Positions 51,401-64,000 of a stretch of DNA of 64,000 bases are shown one piece after another (position 1 is the first letter of the stretch; each line of letters begins with the position of its first letter). Both the position numbers and the translations under genes were made by a program. The notes below the pieces were generated by a model. That model did not search any database, was not told where the DNA came from, and saw nothing but the letters and a program-made list of their open reading frames with translations. Source of the DNA: the human T2T-CHM13v2.0 reference genome, Homo sapiens; contig CP068257.2 in the NCBI GenBank assembly GCA_009914755.4, positions 11,424,001 to 11,488,000 of the forward strand, in the 5' to 3' direction.

Positions 51401-52108
51401 ATCCTATGTGCAGAACAAACACTAAGAAACCAGCAGCAGTGCTCTGGAATCCTTTGTGGGGGACAAACAAACAGAACCCAGCAGCGTTCTGGAATCCTTT
51501 GTGAGGGAAAAACTTTCAGACCCTCATAGCAGTGTTCTGGAATCCTATATCAGGGACAAACACTCAGAACCCAGCAGCAGAGTTCTGCAATCCTTTGTGA
51601 GGGAAAAACATTGAGACCCTCTTAGCAGTGTTCTTGAATCCTACATGAGGGAAAAACATTCAGACCCTCATAACATTGTTCTGGAATCCAATATAAGGGA
51701 CAAGCACTCAGAACCCAGCAGCATTGTTCCAGAATCCTATGTGAGGGACAAACACTCAGAACCCAGCAGCAGTGTTCTGGAATCCTATGTGAGCCACAAA
51801 CATTCAGAACTTCATAGCAGAGTTCTGGAATCTTATGTGAGGGACAAACACTCAGAACCCAGCAGCAGTGTTCTGGAATCCTATGTGAGGGACAAACACT
51901 CAGAACCCAGCAGCAGTGTTCTGGAATCCTTTGTGAGGGACAAACATTCAGAACCTCATAGCAGTGTTCTGGAATCGTATGTGAGGGATAACACTCTGAA
52001 CCCAGCAGGAGTGTTTTTGAATCCCATGTGAGCAACAATCACTCAGAACCCTGAAGCAGTGTTCTGGAATCCTATGTTAGTGACAAACTCTCAGAACCCA
52101 GAAGCAGA
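42497..52108. repeat. Tandem satellite array, 48-bp unit, ~200 copies (~9.6 kb)
   Basis: Consensus unit 'ggaatcctatgtgagggacaaacactcagaacccagcagcagtgttct', 48 nt. Periodicity read directly, for example 'tatgtgag' at 43861 and 43909. Two alternating unit subtypes differ at '...cagaacccagcagcagtg...' versus '...cagaccctcgtagcagtg...'. The array explains all the listed ORFs between 42544 and 52038 on both strands. Family not assigned from memory; candidates to test are the 48-bp CER/D22Z3 satellite and SATR1/SATR2. Confidence 0.9.
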
Positions 52109-53157
52109 GGGAAAAGAAACTACCAAGTGTAGCCAAGATGGCCGAATAGGAACAGCTCCGGTCTACAGCTCCCAGTGTCAGCAATGCAGAAGATGGGTGA
52201 TTTCTGCATTTCCATCTGAGGTACCAGGTTCATCTCACTAGGGAGTGCCAGACAGCAGATGCAGGACAGTGGGTGCAGTGCACAGTTCATGAGCCGAAGC
52301 AGGGTGAGGCACTGCCCCACTCGGCAAGTGCAAGGGGTCAGGGAGTTCCCTTTCCTAGTCAAAGAAAGGGGTGACAGACAGCACCTGGAAAATCGGGTAA
52401 CTCCCACCATAATACTGCGCTTTTCTGATGGTCTTAACAAATGGCGCACCAGGAGATTATATCCTGCACCTGGCTCAGAGGGTGATACGCCCACGGAGTC
52501 TCGCTGATTGCTAGCACAGCAGTCTGAGATTAAACTGCAAGGCAGCAGCAAGGCTTGGGGAGGGTCGCTCACAATTGCCCAGGCTTGCATAGGTAAACAA
52601 AGTAGCCAGGAACTCGAACTGGGTGGAGCCCACCACAGCTCAAGGAGGCCTGCCTGCCTCTTTAGGCTCCACCTCTGGGGGCAGGGCGCAGACAAACAAA
52701 AAGACAGCAGTAACCTCTGCAGACTTAAATGTCCCTGTCTGACAGCTTTGAAGAGAGCAGTGGTTCTCCCAGCACACAGCTGGAGATCTGAGAACAGGCA
52801 GACTCCCTCCTCAAGTGGGTCCCTGACCCCTGACCTCCAAGCAGCCTGACTGGGAGGCACCCCCCAGTACAGGCAGACTGACACCTCACACGGCCGGGTA
52901 CTCCTCTAAGACAAAACTTCCAGAGGAACGATCAGACAGCAGCATTCGCGGTTCATGAAAATCTGCTGTTCTGCAGCCACCACTGCTAATACCCAGGCAA
53001 ACAGGGTCTGGAGTGGACCTCTAGAAAACTCCAACAGACCTGCAGCTGAGGGTCCTGTCTGTTAGAAGGAAAACTAACAAACAGAAAGGACATCCACACC
53101 AAAAACCCATCTGTACATCACCATCATCAAAGACCAAAAGTAGATACAACCACAAAG

Positions 53158-54170
53158 ATGGGGAAAAAACAGAGCAGAAAAATTGGAAATTCTAAAAAGC
53201 GAGCACCTCTCCTCCTCCAAAGGAATGCAGTTCCTCACCAGCAATGGAAAAAAGCTGGGCGGAGAATGACTTTGACGAGTTGAGAGAAGGCTTCAGACGA
53301 TCAAACTACTCTGAGCTACAGGAGGAAATTCAAACCAAAGGCAAAGAAGTTAAAAACTTTGAAAAAAATTTAGACGAATGTATATCTAGAATAACCAATA
53401 CAGAGAAGTGCTTAAAGGAGCTGATGGAGCTGAAAGCCAAGGCTCGAGAACTACGTGAAGAATGCAGAAGATTCAGGAGCCGATGTGATCAACTGGAAGA
53501 AAGGGTATAAGTGATGGAAGAAGAAATGAATGAAATGAAGCGAGAAGGGAAGTTTAGAGAAAAAAGAATAAAAAGAAATGAGCAAAGCCTCCAAGAAATA
53601 TGGGACTATGTGAAAAGACCAAATCTACGTCTGATTGGTGTACCTGAAACTGACGGGGAGAATGGAACCAAGTTGGAAAACACTCTGCAGGATATTATCC
53701 AGGAGAACTCCCCCAATATAGCAAGGCAGGCCAACATTCAGATTCAGGAAATACAGAGAATGCCACAAAGATACTCCTTGAAAAGAGCGATTCCAAGACA
53801 CATAATTGTCAGATTCACCATAGCTGAAATGAAGGAAAAAATGTTAAGGGCAGCCAGAGAGAAAGGTCGGGTTACCCACAAAGGGAAGCCCATCAGACTA
53901 ACAGTGGATCTCTTGGCAGAAACTCTAGAAGCCAGAAGAGAGTGGGGGCCAATATTAAACATTCTTAAAGAAAAGAATTTTCAATGCAGAATTTCATATC
54001 CAGCCAAACTAAGCTTCATAAGTGAAGGAGAAATAAAATACTTTACAGACAAGCAAATGCTGAGAGATTTTGTCACCACCAGGCCTGCCCTAAAAGAGCT
54101 CCTGAAGGAAGCACTAAACATGAAAAGGAACAACCAGTACCAGCCGCTGCAAAATCATGCCAAAATGTAA
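53158..54170 (+). pseudogene. L1 ORF1 remnant (nonsense and frameshift)
   Basis: The conserved ATG at 53158 ('atggggaaaaaacagagcag') is out of frame with the downstream open frame 53244-53510 (offset 86 nt). An in-frame TAA at 53508-53510 ('gaaagggtaTAAgtgatggaag') splits ORF1. The C-terminal part 53511-54170 translates to typical ORF1p ('...NLRLIGVPE...KGKPIRLTVDLLAETLEARREW...'). Confidence 0.85.
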
Positions 54171-54233
54171 AGATCATCGAGACAAGGAAGAAACTGCATC
54201 AACTAACGAGCAAAATAACCAGCTAGCATCATA

Positions 54234-58055
<3,822 letters not shown>

Positions 58056-61000
58056 ACAATGAGAACACACAGACACCGGAAGGGGAACATCACACTTCAG
58101 GGACTGTTGTGTGGTGGGGGGAGGGGGGAGGGATAGCATTAGGAGATATTCCTAATGCTAAATGACGAGTTAATGGGTGCAGCACACCAACATGGCACAT
58201 GAATACTTATGTTGCAATCCTGCACATTGTGCACATGTATCCTAAAACTTAAAGTATAATAATAAAATAAAATAAAATAAAAAAGCAAAATATACACTAA
58301 TACAGATTAACCAACTAAAAAAAGTAGAGAAAGGTTATTTAAAAAATATAAAGCATACAGTAATAATCTAACACGTTGAAATCTAAGAAGGAGAAAACAG
58401 CTGGTCTGAACAGCATTTTAAGTGGCAATGTTAGAGGTTTTATCAAAATTGACCAATAATATTAATCCACAGGTTCAGGAGGCTTTGCAAACCAAATGAA
58501 AACACACAGAGAGGACACACCTAGGAACATAATGGGACAATTTCTGAAAAGTAAAAGAAAAATGTCAAAAGCACTTGATAAAAAAATTGGGCTAACTATA
58601 AACAGAAAGAGTTGACTGATGACAACCTTCTCAAATGAAACTATGAAAGCCAACAAGTGAGGTATTGATACCTTTCAAGTCCTGAAATAAAATAAGTGCC
58701 GACCTAGAACTGTCTACTTGGTGGATATATCCATCAAAAGCAAAGATACAATAAAGAATTTATCCCAAGCAGACCCACAGGAAAAGAAATACTAAAGATT
58801 ATTCTTCAGGTAGAAGAGCTATGATCCCTGATGAAAGTTTGCAGTTAGAAGAACGCTTTTTTTAATGAAAGAAATAAACATAGAGAGAAATTTAATTGGA
58901 TATCGACTGTATAACAGAATACTATCTCATAAAGTTTAAAATGCATCTTCCATACAACAGCAGAAGCATATAAGTTGTGAGTTGGATAAATTAATTTTAA
59001 AATATTGTCAAGTTTTTTTGCAAATAGACAAATGTACCAATTATATTAGACCCTGAATGCACGTTGTAATAAACCAGTTAAAACATAATCAGACCAGATT
59101 TTTTAAATGGACTCTCTTAAAGTTTTTAAAATTTATATTTATATTTCACATATGTTGAAATTAAATAATGGAAAAGCATGCAATGCAAATATTAAACAAA
59201 ATATAGCTTTAGTTGTACTTATATTCACATTTAAAAAGTTGGACACAGTTAAGTCTCAGTGATTTTTTTACACAACGGAGGCAAGCTGTGCAGTTATAAC
59301 TAGTATTATGTTATGCTCTTGGCCTGATTACAGAAGGGAAAGGGGCACTCATACCAGATAATGGCAGAATGAAGCAACAAGGAGTAGAGTTACAGAACAT
59401 GATGCTGTAACTGGGACTGGAGTTACTCTTTTAGAGTTAAAGAATAGTAAACTGGACAAAATATATGAAACTTTTTTTGAAATACTGAACATCAGGCAGC
59501 ACAGGACTGTGCTCCGCAAGAGAAAAGAAGGAGCCAGAATGACTCCTGCTTTATTCCCAGGTTCTCCGTGACAGCAGTAGAGAGGAATCCCAGAGAGAGC
59601 AGACATTGTCATTGCACTGAGGAACCAGATAAAAACCAAAATGTTAAGCAGCTGGAATATGTAGTAGAAGAGAACGTTTACAGAAAAAGGAACCAATAAT
59701 CAGCCTAAGGTTTCTCCCAAGTCCCTAAGCCAAATGTACATAGGATGAAATTCTAAGGAGCTCAGCAAAGGACTACCAGGGAGTTGGAAGAACACTTCCC
59801 TGGCATCACATGACAGGAAGACATGTTAGCTCTGACCAGCCAGAGAAGGGAATCCCCTCTGTACTTCCAGGATATTCAGTAAAGACCACTGGAGGTTCAT
59901 GCCCTAGTGACAGTGCTCATTTAGCTCCAAATTACAGATGGCTCTAGACTAACTCAACAAAGTCTAAAGAGAAGATTTAAAACAACAACAGAAAAATAGT
60001 CATCCTGAAGTTACTGAACTGCCTGCCACAACATTGTTCAAATGTAGCCAATAAAATCTAGATATTCAATAGCATAACATCAAAATACCCCCCCCCCAAA
60101 AAAAACTCTGACATGCAAAGAAGCCGGAAGATATATATTATTAAGATATACATTAAGAGGAAAAAATAAGTCATTTATCAATGACAGAAGAAGGAATTTT
60201 CAAGGTCCTTAATGTAATTATATTTTATAAATACATATAGATAAATACATATATATGTCAAAGTACTTAAATGAAAATTGAACATAGGAGAAAAATGGAA
60301 GTTATAAAATGAAAAATGTGACACGTATAGATGAAAAATAAATATTTGAAATAAAAATTCCATGAGATAGAATAAGTCATGGATTTTACCCTAACATCAG
60401 AAAATATATAGAAAAATTAGAAGCTTTACAAACTAAAGGACAAAGGGTAAACTAAAATAAGAAATCCAGAAACTCACTGATACGTGAGACAATATGCAGC
60501 AGTGTAACATACATTTAATTAATATCTCAAAAGGGATGGGTGGGGGAATTATAGTTGAATAAAGAATGGTACATTCATTCCTGAGGGCACCGAGGAGGGA
60601 GGATAGCTTGAGATTCCTAAGGGAGGGCATTATCCATTCATGAAGGTTCATCCCCATGACCAAACACCTCCCAGTAAGCCCCACCTGCAACATTGGGGAT
60701 CAAATTTTAACAGGAGATTTGGAAGGGGCAAGCATTCAAACCATAACAAGAGTTAAATTTCCCTTTAAAAAAATCACTGATATGATTCCATTTCGCCATA
60801 GATAAAAACTATCATTTCAGCCTACCATTGAGTGTACTTATAGCTAACGGAAAGGGCACTTTGTCTCGGGAATACAGATTTGCCTAGAGGTATCCTATTG
60901 CAGTCAAAGAAAGAACAATGAGGGATAGAAAATGTTAGTGATGGAGACACCAACGCTGCATTTTACAACAAACAATGTAAAAACTTTACGGATTGCTTCT

Positions 61001-62496
61001 GCTAACTTACTAAAGTTTACGTTCCTCTCAGGTGGGAGAATTGTTGAGTTTTTTCTTAAGATAGAAAAGCAATTCAGATAATCTGAAATCTCCACAAGAA
61101 GGATAAGAAGCACAGCAGAAACTATTCTAGGCAGGAAGTCAATCCATTCAACTGTCTGTGCTCCATAGAAACAACTGTCTGCACTGGGAGTCATACGAGG
61201 TACAGACAACAGCCAGACCTCTGATCCTCTCATTAGTGATTTCAGAAGAAATTAACAGTCAGCTGAGTAATTCACTGAGTAAAGTAAACATTTGGCACTG
61301 ACAGAGGTTAGACGGATAACTATTTGTATCACCATATTCATGAAGCTGGAATATTTTCCATTACTGGTATCACATCCGAATGGAAGATGTTAAAAGGTCT
61401 CTCATCTTGTAAGATGGATATGAAAGAACATTTTCTGAGAAATGAAATTATTCACACACCAGCGAGGTGGATGGAAGAGAAAAAAAAAGAATAATCAGCT
61501 TGAGTTCTTCTCCTTGATAAGACAACTCACTAAAAACATAAAGAGAAAAATACAAGTTAAAATAATTAACCAGAAGAAGACTACTCTAGACTTTTTAAAT
61601 TGCTGATAAGATTTTAATTTGCTCCAAGTTGAAAATAACTATATCGCTTGTGTTTTAAGGCACATAATGAGCAATTATATCACACATGATAGATTCAGCA
61701 GTAAAATATTATCCGTTAACAGCTGGAACTCATAAAAGCATAGCACAATGTGAAGATGGAATTTGCTAAAATAAACCATCTGCTGAAAAATACTATTCTG
61801 CAAATTTAAAAATAAAGTTTAAATGTTATTTGTCTTATTTAATAGGTCTGTGAAAAAATGCGATATTTGAAAAGTAGGTGCTAACTTAATTAGTTCTTTA
61901 TATTTCCCTTGAAGCTTTAATTATTTGAGTCTATCAAACAATAGACTCAATTAACAGGAAAAAAGGTTTACGGATATAATTATGTGCACAACTATGCACT
62001 TGGAGTTTACATAATATATATAAATATGTATATACAAATATTTGTATATTATAAATCGATATACAAATATATACTATATATGTATAAAAACTCCAGGAAA
62101 GGCAAGGTAGTCAACACGCCTATGCTGTCTTGAGGTTACAGAAAACACAGAGCTGTACTTTGCTAAATCAGGCTTTGCAGAAGGCAGGTGACGACAAGGA
62201 AGAAAGAGGAGCCTGGCAGCAGAAGTTGTCTTGTTACATGGATGAAACCTCACAGGGAGCAGCCCTCCTCTTGGGAAGTAAAGATAGGAAATGGTTTTTT
62301 GAAATGTAAACGTGCCAGACTCAGTTAATCTTTCCTAAACCCAGACAAGGGAGTATCTCAGGGAAAGCCTGTCTATATCAATGCAGATTTTCTCTACAAA
62401 TGCAAATCTCCCCAACAAACACAGCTTTTCAGCTATTTTTGTAGAAGAAGCTATTTCCAGTCTTCCGAGTAGCTATCTTGAAATATGTCAAAAAGT

Positions 62497-62781
<285 letters not shown>

Positions 62782-64000
62782 GTATTTTAGGGTAATATTT
62801 TGAGTATCTTTACCTCCATATGTACAATAAATATTATTGTGATTTTTAATCTTTACTTTTCTGTGGAGAAAACATAGGTGTGATTTCTAGTGTAGCTGAA
62901 CATCACGTTTATTGACAATATTGCACTTGTGTGTGGGTGTGTGTGTGTAGCTACTCTTTACCTTTGTTCTCACGTAATGATTAGATATTAACAATTAATT
63001 CAGTAAAATGTATGTTTTGCAATATTTCTCCATGTTATTATGCTTTAAATTAGTTTAATCATGCCACTATAATGTGTACATTTTAACCTTTGACTATAGG
63101 TCTCAATCTTATTTTGGTTCCTGTATTTGAATTTATGCTAATAAAGTTCCACAGCTAAAAAGGATTATATAAACTTATCTACATTTTTGCTAGTATTCTG
63201 GTGTCATTTTAAATTATGTAATTAAATCAAATTTTAATTTGGATTATTGTTATCTGAGTTAAGGATCTAAATTTTTAATTTTCTTATAAATATTACATAA
63301 TTATTTCTGAACCATATATTGACTAATCTGCCCTTTATATGATGTGCATTATAAGAGCTTGGGATTGATTCCTTTGCAAAGATGAATGCTTGAGAAGTAG
63401 ATATTTAATCATAACATTTCAAAATCTACTGGATAACCTTGAATTGAAAAATAGCCTATAGGTTGAAAAACTCCTGTAGTGAAGAAAGAAATAACTAGTA
63501 TACAGTGACAATATAAACATTATAAGTATTTATTTTATTATCGCCCTGAAATTTGATAATACAAACATGTAATATCTACCTATCATCCATATATCAGGTC
63601 ATAAAAAATCAATACATTCTTCAAAAATTTAGCATAACAAGAAATGCACTCTCTCTCCTTGATGGAATTAAGTTACAAATAAAAGTAAAAATAAGTAGAT
63701 AAGTGATGGAAGTAGACGTTTAAAAACAAAGAAAAATATTTGTTTTGGATAACATAAAAACTCAATTGACGATTCCAATATTTCAAGAACTTTGGCTGTC
63801 AACTGGTGGAGTTTTCCCCAGGAGACATTTGTCAATGTCTAGGGTTATTGTGGGGATGTCAAGACTGGTGGAGGTGTGAAATTTAGAGGTCAAATGAATC
63901 AACTAGCATTGCTAGGGCAGCCTCCCACAACGAAGAATCCTCTGGTCCTAAAGGTAAGTAGCACCAAGGTTGAGAAACCATAATCTAGAAAGTAAACACT

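Noticed and set aside
42544-52038. Dozens of 60-200-aa ORFs on both strands (for example 43384-43929 +, 44055-44657 +, 47537-48130 +, 46416-46976 -, 44795-45358 -) that look like a family of repeat-containing proteins
   Set aside because: They are exactly periodic translations of the 48-bp satellite unit, which lacks stops in 3 of 6 frames. There are no start-context, splice or promoter signals, and every ORF ends at a variant unit. Treated as artefacts of the satellite.
52120-52884. 254-aa minus-strand ORF
   Set aside because: It lies entirely antisense within the L1 5'UTR, which is GC-rich and stop-poor. It is conceivably related to the primate L1 antisense ORF0 region but is not an independent cellular gene. 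It is mentioned under the L1/array finding instead.
58284-62490. Searched the unique sequence distal to the L1 for exons or conserved elements
   Set aside because: No ORF with recognisable similarity, no splice-bounded conserved block and no CpG island were detectable by eye. Left unannotated rather than guessed.

Overview
This window is primate (almost certainly human) nuclear DNA, not a prokaryotic locus. No cellular 'system' is encoded here. The window is intergenic/pseudogenic and about half of it is recognisable repeats. I read at least 25 Alu elements, several with clear target-site duplications, and multiple old L1 (L1M/L1PB-like) fragments.

Four features stand out:
- A ~9.6-kb tandem array of a 48-bp satellite unit (about 42497-52108, roughly 200 copies).
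- A near full-length but mutationally dead L1PA element (about 52109-58283, + strand) that directly abuts the right end of the array.
- A short inverted L1 3' fragment on the left edge of the array.
- A minus-strand ZNF91-subfamily KRAB zinc-finger pseudogene. Its KRAB-A exon is at 34016-34142, its KRAB-B exon at 33426-33500, and its ~3-kb finger exon at about 15690-18678. The finger exon carries an in-frame stop and frameshifts, the KRAB-A splice donor is destroyed, and the KRAB-B to finger-exon junction is out of frame.

Other notable structures are a twin-primed (inverted) L1 insertion with a perfect ~20-bp target-site duplication (2242-3029), an AT-rich palindromic hairpin-forming repeat block (28290-28790), and a small segmental duplication (25796-25960 and 26805-26960). 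The many long 'ORFs' in the six-frame track between 42.6 and 52.0 kb are artefacts of the satellite unit lacking stop codons in 3 of 6 frames. The architecture (KRAB-ZNF pseudogene, satellite, L1/Alu) resembles pericentromeric or ZNF-cluster regions such as 19p12, 4p16 and 7q11, but I cannot place it on a chromosome without a database search.
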